64,000 bases of DNA from Nymphaea colorata (lineage: Eukaryota), in assembly GCF_008831285.2 (NCBI RefSeq), contig NC_045138.2, positions 10,292,001 to 10,356,000 on the forward strand, given 5' to 3'. The notes below the pieces were generated by a model. The model had not been told where the DNA came from. It made no database searches and was given only the letters and a program-made list of their open reading frames with translations. This document shows positions 39,116 through 57,176 of the stretch, in pieces. The first letter of the stretch is position 1; the number at the start of each line of letters is the position of its first letter. Position numbers and translations under genes: made by a program.

Positions 39116-40048
39116 ATGGCGGGGCTGGATCGGGGATCCCCCTCCTCCTCCGCCGCCGCTTCCCACTATGCGCACCACCTTCTCCGCCCGGACTTGCACC
39201 TTCAGAACCCCGATTCCGCCGCCTCCCCACCTCAGCTCGATGGCAGCAGCCGGAAGCGCGGCCGAGGCGATGACGGCGAAGGTGACAACGACGAGGAGAA
39301 GCACTCGCCAGAAACGGCGACGACCACCGTCACCACCACGACGGCAGGAGGAGGGGAGGTATCGGGCCGGAGACCAAGGGGGAGACCGCCGGGATCGAAG
39401 AACAAGCCGAAGCCACCGATCATCATCACAAGGGACAGCGCGAACGCGCTGCGGTCGCACGTGATGGAGATAGCGACGGGGGCAGACGTGGTGGAGGCGG
39501 TGGCGTCGTACGCGCGGCGGAGGCAGCGAGGGGTCTCCGTGATAAGCGGCGCCGGGTCGGTCTCGAACGTGACGCTCAGGCAGCCCGCCGCCCCGGGGTC
39601 AGTGGCGACTCTTCCTGGCCGCTTCGAGATCCTCTCGCTCTCCGGTTCTTTCCTGCCGCCGCCCGCACCCCCGGGTTCGACGGGCCTCACCATCTTCCTC
39701 GCGGGGGCGCAGGGTCAGGTGGTGGGGGGCATCGTCGCGGGCCCGCTCATGGCGGCCAGCCCCGTCATTCTCATGGCCGCCTCCTTCATGAACGTCGCGT
39801 ACGAGCGGCTGCCGCTCGAGGAGGAGGAGGAGGAGGACGCGGAGCAGCAGCAGCAGGATGAGCGTTCGTCGTCGCAGATGCAGCACGCAGCGGCGGCGTC
39901 ACAGTCGTCGGTCATCGCTGGTGGTCAGATGCCCGACATCTCGGCTCTCTCCTTCTATAACATGCCTACCAGCATGGCGAACTGCCAGTTCCCAGCTGAC
40001 GCCTACCCTTGGCCTCCAACTGCCGCTGCCAGGCCACCACCTTTCTGA
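39116..40048 (+). CDS. AHL: AT-hook motif nuclear-localized protein, clade A (type-I AT-hook plus PPC/DUF296), intronless, 310 aa
   Basis: MAGLD start in strong GCCATGG context; [38 protein letters not shown] core [39 protein letters not shown]; high GC. Confidence 0.96.
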   Translation: MAGLDRGSPSSSAAASHYAHHLLRPDLHLQNPDSAASPPQLDGSSRKRGRGDDGEGDNDEEKHSPETATTTVTTTTAGGGEVSGRRPRGRPPGSKNKPKPPIIITRDSANALRSHVMEIATGADVVEAVASYARRRQRGVSVISGAGSVSNVTLRQPAAPGSVATLPGRFEILSLSGSFLPPPAPPGSTGLTIFLAGAQGQVVGGIVAGPLMAASPVILMAASFMNVAYERLPLEEEEEEDAEQQQQDERSSSQMQHAAAASQSSVIAGGQMPDISALSFYNMPTSMANCQFPADAYPWPPTAAARPPPF

Positions 40049-40868
40049 GTAAAAGACTTCATGTTCATCAGATCTGTTCCTCTCTTGTGTGGATGTGAAA
40101 ACCAGACTGCCTGCTCTCTCTCTCTCTCTCTCTCTCATCTCATCTCATGGAGAATTGGGGATGAGAAGTGGGAGATGGTGAAAAGGGTGGTCAAACGCCA
40201 GGTAATTGAAAATTACGTGTTTTTTCTTTAGCTTGTTGTATGATCTTGTTTTTTATTGTTGTGGAATTTTTAGATGGTGGTTATGTAAATTTAATGTTAA
40301 TTGTTGCCCCTCATCCCCAAATGGGGTAAGACTGTGTATCTTCATTTCTCTGCAGCGGTTGCTGTTATACAGAAGAGGTTTCAAAGGGAAAATAAGTACA
40401 TTTATGGATATTAATTTGGTGTGATTTTAATTTATTGAGAGTCACCTTTCTCTGTCTTGGATAGATTGAGCTTTATTTATGGATGCTGATGCAGCTGTGT
40501 GACCAATAGACTCTTCTTTCTTCTTTCGCTTTAATGAGTTCTTTGTCTCTCATGGGGAGGAATTAGTGTGGTCTTGTTGTGTTTGGTGTTTCCATTGTAA
40601 GCACAAGGATATTATTCTTTGGCATTGTAGCTTGTTTCTGAGGTTCTCCTTTCAGAGTTTCTTCCTTCTTGGTTTTTAGACCATTGGTCCTAATATTTGT
40701 TCTTCGGTTGCAGACACTGCATTTTTCCCTGGAAGAAGCTTTTTGTATAGGGAAATTGTTGTTTTTCGACATAGATGGTTGCAAAGGATATATATTTTGA
40801 AACATACGAGGTGATGAAAGGGCCCGAGTGCTTCTGTGGTTTTAGGTTTAAGATATGTTGAATATTTT

Positions 40869-40905
<37 letters not shown>

Positions 40906-43783
40906 TGAAGTACAAATGTAATCTGATGATGATGACAGAAGAAGTTAAAATAAAATATTAAAGATAATGGATAAGAAAAACCAATAAATGGTTCCTGTGT
41001 TTTTTAATTATATATTCCTTATTATACCTTCTATCTCTTTTTTAGTAATATTTACCCTATTATACCTTCTATCTCCCTTGTACATGGTGGTAAATACAGG
41101 TAACCACTGTATGTTTTAAGAAAGAAAATTCCAGCTCAGTACTATATTTTCGCAGATTTGAGATGGTAGCAGATTCCGAGTCAGTGTAACCATTCTTTTG
41201 TGTTCATATTTATAAATATGTGAACAACCCATCCCATTTTCAAATTTCACCTCTTTGTTTTTTTTATTGTGATCTTGGGTAGGGTAGAGCAGCACAAGTA
41301 CAGGTGGAGTGTCCTGTACAGAGCAAGTTTTCCGTGATGTTGATGGAAGCCTGCCAGGCCAAAAAAAGATTGAGAGCAGTCGTCCTCTCTCTCTCTCTCT
41401 CCCTCCCTCTCTCTTCACTGTCTGCGGTATCACGGCCACACGATCACAGTACGAACGATACAGTCAGGAAAAAAAGCGGTTGTCATTTTCCAGAAATAAT
41501 CCTCTGAGGACGATGGGTACTACACCGCATGAGCACTGTACTTTCACAGTTTTACTCTTTTTTTGAAGAAAAGGGCGAGGAAGGAGGTTACAGTGTGCTG
41601 AAAAAACCTTTTAACTCAAATGGTGGAAAACCGTAACTTGCCAGCTTCGTTATTCTCACCACATAACCCTTTCTTCTTTCACACTTCATGTTTTTTCGCA
41701 TTTTTTTTTTCTTTCTGTTTCTTTTATCTATTTGCTGGGCAGGCCTAAGTAACCTGCCGCCTCTTCATCACTGTAAAAGTTAAGAGATACGAAGGATGTC
41801 ACGTAGCTATGGTAAAGGCTAACTAAATTCACGTTTATATAATATATATGTATATTATATATCTACTCTTGAAATTAGTGAACAACTTAGCGGTGGTGTG
41901 GCGACATCTATCTGTTTGATTTGATGAAAGCAGCTTCAACTGCATTTGCAGATTTGGGGAGGGCTATTCTTGAGATAATCAGCCATGATTCGTGAGTTCT
42001 TGGATCATAGACTCAACGAGGACGAGCTATAAGGAAGAAGAAAGCAAGGAGAAGACAAAAAAAGGAAGAGCAGCAGCTAGCATTGACAGCAACTGCGACA
42101 GTCGGAAACTGAATTAATTTTCTGTCTTCTGCCTTTTCCGGAGCTCAGATTTCACTTTTCCCTTAATACAGGTTTCTCGAGAATGAGATTCCTTTTCACC
42201 ATGGCCATAGAGATACAAAAGGAGGTTTAACACTTTAACCGTGACGGCTGATGAGAACAAAGTGCAAACAGTAGTGGTGATGGTTCTGCCTGAAGCTGTG
42301 ATCATCTGGTTAAGCTCGTCTCAGACGAGAGCTACTGCATTGGCGAAAGCTGCGTGGTGAGCCCATCGATGAAGAAGACGGGAATACATGTATAATGTAT
42401 TTCTCCTGAAGAAGCAGTAGGATTCTTTTAGGAAGGCAAACAGGCTGTCGTTTTGATCTTTCCAGATCTCCGTCGATCCCTTTTCTGCAACCAATCCCTT
42501 TAATCCTTCTGCCGTCTCCATTTTTATATTGATGCGGCACATACGTGAGGAAAGCTCTAGAGCTCAGTGCTCAAGGGGGAAGGGACCATACCTTCCTTCC
42601 TCCTCCACGAACAAAAGAAAAAAAAAAAAACTTGATCTTGGGAACATGCTACTGCTTTGTGGAGTTGACAGCTGCAACGATTGGTGTGCACATGTCACGC
42701 GGGTGCGAATAATTATACCCCAGTTTTCAAGAAAAGGGCAGTCAAACTCTCCCTCTCTCTCTACAGTCTTTGGTACCAGCGTGACAACGTTGGGATAATA
42801 GATGTAACACAAGTGTAGATAGATTCCCACTTTTCTCTTCCGTTGTCTTCAAGTCCATGTGGCTAGCGGAAGAACCGAACGTATAATATTGCAGATGTTT
42901 GTCCGTTCCGTTCTCGCTGTTGTTTCTTTCACAAGACTGTGTTTCTTTCAAAAGATGTTTCGCATTGCGATTGATTGATAATTTGTTATTGGAGTCGTGC
43001 TTCTCTTATTATACTTTAAGACCAGCAGTTTGATGAAGTTGATGATCGATAGGAAGTTGAAGGTGGTGAAGGGTGAACTTTCCTGCAGATGTCTTCAACA
43101 CCAAGCGCTGTACTTGACGCCGTTAATCTTGTTCATGGTTGCAGCGATCCTCTTAGATGTGTCTGGCTGCCCAAACATATGGTTTAACGGAACAAGTGTG
43201 GATTTTTTTTTAATGCAATACCAATAATTTTGCAGTCAGAGTCGGTGGTGAAGCTAAAAATATTTGAATGAGGGGCATTTACATTCTAGTTTGCTACTTT
43301 TAAAGGGGAAGTTAGTATGTAAATAAGTAGAAAGAAAAGAGGTATTAATATGAAAATATATTGGGACTGTTGTTGGTAATTGCCTATACCAACCCACATG
43401 TCCCTGATGCGTGGGCAGAACATGCTCTTCTTTGGATAGTTCTGAATTACTTTGTGTTGGAGAGGCGTGATTGCCCAAATGTGGTCTGGAGCCGGCTCTA
43501 AATGACGCTTGCTTTTTCAAAACAAAAACCTGCAACAAATGCAACAAATAAAGACAAGGTGTTATAAAAACTGGTTTCTCAAGCCAAAAATATTTGAACA
43601 TCAGTCTCCAAAAGAAAATATATCAAATTGTAAATGAAAAATACACATAAAGTAATTTAAAAATTAAAACAAATTAAAATATGTAAAAAAGTTAGTGAAA
43701 TCTTGATCATATTTAGCAAACTCGCAAGTTCTGAGGTGTAAGTCACTTGAATCAGCTAGGATCTTCCATTTACCAGTCACGAG

Positions 43784-44217
43784 AAGGGCTGCATGAGTCG
43801 AGCCAGCTCAAGCTCGACTTGAACTCACTTGTCAAAACTCGTCTAGAACTCGACTCATTTATAAACTAGTTGAGCTCAAGTTCAAATGCGTGCTCCAAAT
43901 GTTAAATGAGTCGAGTTTGAATTACTTGACTTATTTAAACGCAGCTCATCTCAACTGCATAATGAATGTTGAAATATAATGAGAAATAGTTAAACGAGTA
44001 GCAATTAAATGAATTAAATGAGGTAATGAGTTAAAAGAAACAAGACATGATTAACAGAAATTAGTTAAGCAAGTTAAACAAGTTGAGCTTGAGCTCAACA
44101 GTTACACTGTTGAGTCAACATCAAACCTTTTCTATGGAGCTCGAGCTCAAACCTTTTGAGCTGAGTCGAATTCGAGCTTGCTTAGGTCAAACTCAACTTG
44201 GCTCACGTGCAGCGTTA
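43784..44217. mobile_element. hAT-family MITE
   Basis: AAGGGCTGCA...GTGCAGCGTTA ends; CTCGA/TCGAG subterminal repeats; 8-bp TSD GTCACGAG/GTAATGAG (6 of 8 match). Confidence 0.75.
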
Positions 44218-46470
44218 GTAATGAGTCATGTAAGATTGTCAACTACTTACATGTTTTTTTTTTTTACGTGTAGTATTGAATATTGAAGTTCGTTATCTAT
44301 TGGATTGCAAAATAGCATAAACTTTAATAAAATATACTCAAATACTCAGATTACAAGTTATTCAGTTTTAGCTGATGAAATAACCAAACATTAACTCCCT
44401 ACGCACCTAGATTAAGAAATGCACTAACAAATTTTATGACCCAAATTAGCTGGATCGGTGAGTCAACTCTCTTATCTGTGACCCAGCCTTCAGTCGATGA
44501 GTTTGAGTCACAAGTTTACCAATTTTCAAGTCACAGCATCCCCTTGGTACGTGACACTCTTCAAGTCACAAATTTTCATTCCCATAAACTGCTACTCTAA
44601 TTTTCAACATTGTATGGAATTTCTGGATTGAATTAGCCAGTTCCAATGACGAAAGGGCAGTCAAGCATGTCCCTCACTTTTATCTTGCCTTTGTCTCCCT
44701 TAATTGTTTTGAAGCAAAATCAATGCTATTTTTACACAAATTCAGTCCTACAAGTTGTAGTCAAAACATGCCCGCTGCAGGCCAGATGTCGCCTCATAGA
44801 TTCTTTTGTAAAAATCAAGTCGTTGAAAGACTCTAGACAACTTTGTTATGGTCTTTGGATGTGGTCTTCTCTTATGTTTAAAGTAATGAAGTCCCTAGTC
44901 GTAGTTTTTTCACAAGAACAGTTTACAGTTGTAGACAAGCACCCTGGCAACAAAATATTCCAAAAATAAATACTTTTCATATGGATTTGTGTCTATCCAC
45001 ACAGGTGATGGAATTGTTGCTCATTAAGTTCTTGCGTTCTAAACCGAATGCTGAACTGATAGTCATCTAGATGTTGCCAACTTCGTCATGTTGATGAATA
45101 TGCAATGCTAACCAAGCTTTCTAAAAAATTATGGGGTGATGATTTCTTTGCAATTTCCCCTCCAAGTTTACAACGACGAACTAGTCTATAGGTGAGGAGA
45201 AAACGCTTGTCTTGCTAATGATCAATAAGAAGGCTGAAGAAGGGTTAGACATGTAATGCAGTAGCTGACGCATTAACTCTGGTGAAGCTATTAGGTTAAA
45301 ATTTCCTTCGAATTGTCTAGGTGATGATTGGCGCTTGTTGCCGAATATAGTAGGTCACTACTTCACTGTTAGATATATGGATCATAGTTTACATAGTCCA
45401 ATATTGGTATAGGTGAAAGTCAAGATCGTTACCTAAGTGGGTTAATGGCGGTCAACAAGTCTCCAAATATAGAGATGAAAACTGGCATGTTATGAAGCTG
45501 TCTCATCTCAAATCACTTTGTTGTTAGTTTAAGCCCTAGCTATGGTCCAAATCGTCTGTGTATGTCAACGGTAACAAGCAAGACGTTGAGGACCCAGATC
45601 AAAACAGTTCCAACCTGGTAAAAGAAAGGAATTGACAATGACAGAAAGATCTCATCTATTGGAAATCAATACAAGCCCAGCCAATTAAAGAAAACAGCTA
45701 GCGTTGAAAGCAAAAAATTGAAGTATTTTTCAAACGAGCAAAACGAAAACGGCAGTCATGATGTAAATGCTGATTTTAAGTTATATACCTGTAATTATAA
45801 TGATGAAGAGGCAGTACATATAGAAACCTCACAACTCACATGTGGTAAAATGAGTGTGAACTAATTTATAATAGAGGATATAAGTGACACATTTAGCAAC
45901 CAAACCTCTTTAAATGATTGCATATCTTTCTTAATTTGTTAGTTTTCTTGCCCTTACTCTTAACAAACAATCAGAGCTCTTCTCCACAAGGTGACTTTTG
46001 TGATTGTGTGCTGTAAGGAGCTTGGGTTTGCTTCTTCTGTTGATTCTTTGGATCTTATTGCCTGGCGTTAGGACATTATTCTTTATGATGGCAACTACAA
46101 ACTCTTCTTTGTCATCTTGTCGATTGGCAGCACTAGGATAAGCAATATTTCACTTCCCTTACCTCCTGCTCTTACAAATTTTTTTACTGTCAAATTAACA
46201 TCAGAAACTATTTGCCTTTTGAGAGTCAGCTTTTTCTATTATTAATTTGGTATGATCTTCATATGAGTTTTGCTTTAGTTTGTATTTTAGTCGTATAATT
46301 TAAGTGCTTTCTTTGTTGATTTTATAGAGTTGAAGTGTAATTTTGTGTTAGAGTTAGCGAGTATTGAGTTCTTTGTAAAAAAAAAAGTGTTGTGGGTTCT
46401 ATGTGATCAGATGAAATGCTTATTATAGAGTGCCATGTGGGTGCCATATGTATCTTCCTCCTTCAAGTCA

Positions 46471-46570
<100 letters not shown>

Positions 46571-46696
46571 TTCTGAAGCACTATTTATATTCTTTGGAGT
46601 TTATTGATTTGTAAATTTAATGTTTTGGGAGGTACAAACAACAAATACTTGTAATAATTGATTGTCGTTTCGAGGGTACAAACAACAACCTTGAAG

Positions 46697-50280
<3,584 letters not shown>

Positions 50281-50949
50281 GCTATCAAAGAGTCACCATA
50301 TGTAACATTTTTAGATTGTAACATCTTGAATCAAATATTAATGAGATATTCTTTTATCCTGTTGTTTCATTAGATGCCCCATGATGTATCACCACTTTAT
50401 CTAACCTCGACACAAGCACCAAACTAGACTTGCATGTGGAAAATATATTTGCTTACTTGGATCCATAGTGGTGATGGAAGCTATTCCCTTGAAATCACAG
50501 CTACCAGGACTCATGCATTTCTAGGTAATAAGCATTAAAAGCATATCAAACATGAGCCAGAACCATATCTACATCATAGCATGATTGGCCCTATAAGATT
50601 GACTTGCAATCCACTTTCTCTAGTCCACAAGCTCAGTCCCAGCCTGGCTGCCAGAGCTTTAGAGTATGTGTCGACTGGAATACCAAGATGCTTTGGAGTT
50701 CCAATATTATTCCACATGCCAAATCAAATTGTTATGTAAAAAATGACATTGCAAATTAGCTTATAGAAATCAAGAACTGATATAGGAGATAAACTGAAAG
50801 TATAAGAAGAAAACATATGTGAAACTAGGAAAACATGATTTCCTGATTTTGTCCAAATGCAAAAAAGAAATGTGTTTTCATCTAATAAATACAAAAAATT
50901 AATGTGATTCCAAGTCTTATGCATCATCATCAAGCCACCCTTATGGCTC

Positions 50950-52283
50950 CATGAGCCGCTCTAGATGTTCTATTATATGCTCCAATGCTTCATTTTGTAG
51001 CATAAGCGACTTCCAGTTTGGTTTAGACCCATCAAGATCTCCAACATGTGCACCAAACCCATATGTACAAGAAGGCCCAACATAGTCCTTGGAAGCTCAA
51101 GTGAAAGTACATCACCAATATGTGCATTTGTTTGCTGTTGTGAAGCTTGGCCTCTAAATCTAGTTTGCAATACAAGAAAAACATTTCAATTTAGCATACA
51201 TTTATTTTAGAAAAATATATAAATGTGAACCAACTCTACTTACAATAAAGGAGAAGTGCCTTTTGTCCTACTTGGAAATCACACACTTGTGTGGGTTTAG
51301 ATCCACACGTCAAGACAATCTATATCAATCCCATCACTGCCATCTGAACACTGCATGACAGTAGATTATTAATATAGCTCTTATGATTAAGTACATACTT
51401 TAACTAATTTTGTGAATAGGAACCAGTTCTGCATGAAAACATGATAAGCTCTTTGTCTCCAAAGTGTGAAGCATTGTCTCTTGTGTACAATTGTTTGCAA
51501 TTCTAATGCTTTGTGAGTAGATTATTAATATTGTTCTTATGATTAAGTACATACTTTAACAAATTTTGTGAATAGGAACCGGTTCTGCACGAAAACATGA
51601 TAAGCTCTTTGTCCCCCAAAGTGTGAAGCATTGTCTCTTGTGCACAATTGTTTGCAATTCTAATGCTTTGTGGCTAGAAATGAAAAATAAAATGAAACAC
51701 TAATGACAATAATTAAAAGCTAATTCGATTTATATAAAAAACTAGCCTTTGACTTCTCATAATCGAAGTATTCTATGAGAGACTCCCACTGCTCTTGAGG
51801 TATCTCCTTGGGACAAGCTTGCAATTATGCGTCTCAGTTATCATGGATGTAAAAAACATTTTGAAGGATGCTTCTCTAACCAGTCCATTTTTTCTTGAAT
51901 GAGTCCATCACATAACATCGAAAAGCCTCTCGAAGGCCTCTCTTGTTTGGGGGCTCAAAGTTATTCTGCATCACAAAAAATGTAAATATACATTTATTTA
52001 AGATAATAAGTGTCTTTGAAAATGACACAAAGTGAAATAAATACCTTGACTTTCAGCAATACATCATCTTTGTAACAAATAGGCAACTCAATCCACGTAT
52101 AGTAAACAAGTGGTGCCTTATCTGCATCTCGAGCTAGAACCCCCAAATATCATGATAAGTCTTTGGCATGTGGTCCATATGGCTGCCCTGACCTATTAAT
52201 ATGAAGAGGAAGCTTTTGTCCAGGAAGTAGCTTCACAATAGCCACTGCTCAATTGGGACCTTGTGACTTCTTTCATTGTGCAC
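50950..52283 (-). pseudogene. CACTA TnpA/Ptta-like (Transposase_24) pseudogene, multi-exon
   Basis: Minus-strand exons: GQKLPLHINRSGQPYGPHAKDLS*YLGVLARD...WIELP; CPKEIPQEQWESLIEYF; NNCAQETMLHTLG.KS; AG/GT-type borders. Confidence 0.75.
51360..51672. repeat. 156-bp tandem duplication covering a TnpA exon
   Basis: AGTAGATTATTAATA...CTAATGCTTTGTG starts at both 51360 and 51516. Confidence 0.92.
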
Positions 52284-53567
52284 CTAAAACATGATAATTG
52301 ATTACATGTAGATTTGTTATATGCATCATATCATGAATCAAGTTCTAATTTAAAAAGCAACAAATGCCAGACCTCTCAGCACCATCTATCAAATATGACT
52401 GACTACTCTGCAAGTATTGGACCCTGCAAAACATTTGCAATTACAAATTAAAGAATACCAAAGTTAAAAATTTAAACACATACAACATTTCTTCAAGATT
52501 CAATATAGTTGAATCCAAATGAATAAAATACTCACAACACTTGTCAAAATGTCTGTCGCTGAAAGTTGTGTATAATTTCTCATTCAAAGGGAAAGAAGTG
52601 AGCTATGGATCTTCAATAAGGGTTTATTTTGTCTTGTTACTTTCGTATTGTGTGATTTTGAGCTAGTTTAGAAACCACTATCATGTAGAATTTCTAGCAT
52701 TTATAGGTGAAAGATCATCAACTTCTCTCCTCCTGGCATTTATCTTAGATCCCCCCTCCTTGCCTTAAAATGTGGATATGAATATGACAAGTCATTTTTC
52801 ATAAGATACATACACTAATCATCAAGTTCTTTTTAAATTGTTTGTCAATTTTGTGTACTAACAATAAAGTTCTGCTTATGCTTGTATATTTTCCTTATTC
52901 AATGCAGTAACTCTAAGTTTTCTTTATTCTTGTTGGAGAAATAAACTTTTGTTGTCCACCATGATGGTGAGGATCTACAATGGAGAGAGAAGCAGAGTGG
53001 CAGACAATAGCGGAAAGAAGGAGGTGTCAAAGCTTTCCTGGCACCAGATGGATGGAAACTGCAGCACCTTCTATGCTTCGAGATCATGCAGTGTAGATGC
53101 TAATTTTGAAGTTTTTTTTCCTTTTTTAATGTATTGTACACATTTTCTACCAATTGAAGTTGGCATGGAACTGCAGTTTCCACCAATTGAAGTTGTGATA
53201 TTTGTATTGAAAAAAAAAATTACTAACGCAAAATTTTGTTACAAAAGAGTAAAACAATTTGCAACACAAGATATCTTCACTGAAGATTAAGCAATTTGCA
53301 ATGCATATTATCACTACTGAAACTATAAATTGCTCAACCTACCACCAATGAAAACTCATGTTTGCAACGTAGATTTTCCTTGTGGTAGTCAATTAACAAC
53401 GAAAAAGTTTATCACTAATAGTCGATGATTAGTAATAAGTAGTAATTTCATTGCTAATAGATTCAGCGTCACTGACTTTTAGTGACAGAGCTTGTGAGGT
53501 TATTTTTGTTTATGAAAAGTTTTAGCAACAATTTTTCTGTGTTAGAAAAAATCTACTTGTTGTTGTG

Positions 53568-54286
53568 TGTGTGGATTGTCCACGAATGAAAAGCATTCGA
53601 TTTCATTTCAAAACTCTTTAACTTTCCTCTAAAATCGATGTACTTTGACATTTGGGGGCATATAACCTTAAAATTTCCCAAAAGCACAAATAATATGTCC
53701 ATTTCTTTGATGAATAAATATTTATGGGTCTATTTTGTCTTGCGAAACTTTGAAGCTGCTGCCATTTTCAAGGTTTTTAAAAATAAAGTGGAAAATCTTT
53801 TTGAAAGGAAAATTGAATTTCTTCCAACTGATGGAGGTGGAGACTATATTTCTGCCAAATCATATTTGGATAGCTAAGAAATTTCTCATCGGATTTCTTG
53901 ACCTCGCACTCATGAGCAAAATAGAAAAGCTGAAAGGAAGCATAGAGACACATAGTGGAAACAGGTCTAGACCTTATGATTCACGCCCCTCTTCCAAACG
54001 AATAAAGAATATTGATAATTTACCTTTGGAGCTGCTATTTTATGAATTAATCATATGCCTTTCGGGAAAAGCCCTTTCTAAATTTTATTTCAAAAATCTT
54101 CAAACTATCAAATGCTTAAGGTTTTTGGTTGCGCTTATGCTTCTTATATCTAATTGGTTATAGAAAAGACAAGTTAGATTTCAAATTTGACGTTCATACA
54201 TTTTTTTGGTATAGTGGAGTTTACAAAGGATATTTTTTGTCTCAACATGAAATCCAAGAAAGTCGTTGCCACACATTATTTTTAAC
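53568..54286 (+). mobile_element. Decayed copia integrase, left half of an interrupted element
   Basis: YFDIWG, FKVFKNKVENLFERKI..TDGGGDY, KLDFK, YKGY, ending HIIFN at the hAT insertion site. Confidence 0.8.
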
Positions 54287-56888
54287 TAGGGCTGAACACG
54301 AGCCAAGTCGAGCCTGAGCTCGGCCAGCTCGAACTCGGCTCGACTAAGTAAGACCTTGAACTCGAAAATAGCTCGACTACACTAGCTCGAACTCGACTCG
54401 ATAGTCACGTGTCAAGCTCGAGCTTGACTCGATTAAGCTCAATAAACTCATTTGACTACTCATCCGTTCTTGTTGAGCTTGAGCGCGATTAAGGCTCGAT
54501 AAACTCGTTTGGTACTCATCCTTTCGACGAGCTCGATTAAGGCTCGATTAACTTGTTACCAAGGAAAACAAATGTCCCATTAATGTTTATCCTCATAATT
54601 ATTTTTTGCCTATGATTTCCTGAAAAAAACTTCAACTTAAAAAAATAATAATAATAAGAGGTTCATATGCCATTCATGAGGATAAACCAACAACCATGTG
54701 CAAAGAGGTTCTCATTTAGAACACCTTACCTATCACAATGAACAAAATTATATCTTTCTCTGAAAAAAATCAAAAAATTTAAAGCACACATGAGCAGGTT
54801 TTGTAGATAAAGCATAGACTAGCGAATGCATCTGCTCCTGAATTGCTCCCGATGGTGAGGGCCGCCTGAGACTGTAGACTGCCTAAATCTTGCAACTAAG
54901 ATGTTTGGTAACGATTTAGTGTGCAATGGCAACCACTGACAACTTGCGGATGGCAAATTCACTCACTCTGTTTGTTACTACCAACCACGGAATTATGCCA
55001 ACCTGCAACGATTTCAGCATATTTAATTCAAATTTGACAACGAGTTCACAGTCCAAGCAGTTCAAACTTAAAAATTAATACCCGAATGGTATTGCCAGCT
55101 GCATTACCGCCACCCCAGAATAACAGCTTTCCTAAAAAAGGAAAATAAAAGAACAGAAAAACATGAATCTTACAGAACTGCGAATACATTACCACAAACA
55201 ATTCAACCATGGGATGCACAGTGATGGGTGATACTTCAGACAAAATTACAGGAAAAAAAAAAAACTAAAGTCCGGATGACCTCACTGCTCAAGTTCAAAG
55301 ACCAGTTTAGATATATATAATCATGTAACTGACCACAGGAACCACAATAGTATGGTAAAGCATAAAAGTTTATCAAGATGCACCCCAGTTGTCCTTGGTT
55401 AAGAGGTAACATCAAATCAGCAGCTACTACGAAACAAAATTATTGGAAACTCTCCAAAAACTGCATCTTACAAACATATACTTCACTTTTTCATATCTTT
55501 GCCAGCAGACTCTTTATGTGTGTACATAAATCTAAGGGTCATCAGTTACTAAGTTAATTCTGAAATCAGCCAGTCACCTTGCAGTTCCCAACACAACCAA
55601 ACAAAAGAAATTTAGAACTTCTAATGTCATGATGCATAACATGTACTATGAGATGATTATATTGGTAAGATATTGATCGCAAAGAAAAGAGGGCAAGTGG
55701 TTTCCAATTTTCAAAACAAACGGTAGATGATATCATGATGTTTTTACGTTAGTGTGTCCCATAAATCAAATCAAAGACTTCAAACAGTTACCTTAAAAAA
55801 AAAAAAACCCTTTGCTTAAAGTATAAAAATGTCGAAGTGGATTTCAGTTACATTAGCCAGCTTTTGGTGGAAGCTATCTAGGTTTCAAAGCACAAAGGCA
55901 GTCACCAGCTTAACTGCAACAAGACACCTTCCAGGATGAGTAAGACATCAGAGCCACATAGGTAAGTGAATAAATATGCACTACTCACATTTTCACATTC
56001 AGACTTTATTTTTGTTTCATCTCTCCTTAAAATCAAAATAAACATCTACAAAGTTCATGACCTATGCTTCAATCTTCAAGATCACCAGCAATATGTGCAT
56101 CTACAAAAGTTTCCTTGAAGCATCTTCAAACCAAAAGACTAGTATCTTCTCTCTCCTAAGAAAAATGGGCATAAATTGAAGAAGGACCAAAACCTACCAA
56201 GAGGCTGCAAAAGATGAGCAGGAATGACTGCTATTGAGGTGCTCCAGAACTACCAAATTAGTCCAACATATATTACACCCCGTACATTAGTTCACTATAC
56301 CAGCACGACTATAAACAAGCTGTTGACATTGGCTCCAATGGTGGAGAAAAGATGGTCTCCAATAAATATGAGCATGTGTTTGGTGATAGCTCCTGCAAGG
56401 AAGATGACACAATTACAACAAGAACATAAAGAAGAAACTCCCTACGCAAATGGGCTAAAACCGCAGACAAAAGTGAAGATGCAATAATCACTTCAATAAT
56501 GTGAAATTAGTTATAAAATAAGCATTCCATGAAAGGCTCTCTCCACCAGGCCTAACTTTTGAGTCGTCCCACTGAATCATTAGATGTCCACCACGCATGA
56601 AGCGAAAGGCAAACTCAACCATTTAAAGCAAGTAAACAAACTTGCTTAAGTTAATAGAGTGCAAAATTTTGAATTTTCAACTACGCCGTACAGTAAATCA
56701 ATGAATCACTTGATTAAACAAGCAAGAAATGCAACAATGAACACATCCACCAATTATTTTCGCAAGGACAATTTTTGACTCAGTTCTGAATAAGCAAATA
56801 CAATTTGCTAGCATTTCCAGTACCATGCAACTGAAGAATTTGAATCGGAAGGGCAAGTAGGTCATGGCATGACTTTTGGAGCACCATG

Positions 56889-56945
56889 CCCCTCTATGCT
56901 GAAATCCAGTAGCGGATTGACAGTTGCAAGCTTCATTGAAAGAAA
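56889..56945 (-). pseudogene. Captured exon fragment of a bHLH subfamily XII (CIB/BEE/HBI1-like) gene
   Basis: After acceptor TTTAG reads FLSMKLATVNPLLDFSIEG, matching the conserved QVE|FLSMKLATVNP.LDF exon. Confidence 0.75.
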
Positions 56946-57103
56946 CTAAATGGAAAACATAATTAGATAGTATGTATTCTACTTCATAAAGAACGGAACA
57001 TCAAAATGACTAGGTTCATTACACTTCAATAAATCCCATATTTTTCTCTCATGTACACAAGCCGCTTAAAGAACATATACACTAAGGCACAAATCATACT
57101 TAC

Positions 57104-57176
57104 AGAGTTGAAAGATTTGACAGCAAACCGAAAGAATTAGGTAGGTCTCCTGTAAAATTGATGAAAGATAAATCCC
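57104..57176 (-). pseudogene. Captured single-LRR exon of an LRR receptor kinase, STRUBBELIG-receptor family-like
   Basis: GCAG acceptor, GTAAGT donor, 73 nt, encodes DLSFINFTGDLPNSFGLLSNLSTL (one plant LRR). Confidence 0.78.

Noticed and set aside
38975..40138. Several antisense and alternate-frame ORFs over the AHL gene
   Set aside because: Expected shadows of a GC-rich CDS; no domains. Only the frame opened by ATG 39105 is kept, as a possible uORF
41900..43250. Cluster of short ORFs downstream of AHL
   Set aside because: No homology recognised and no consistent exon chain; no known miRNA sequence recognised by eye
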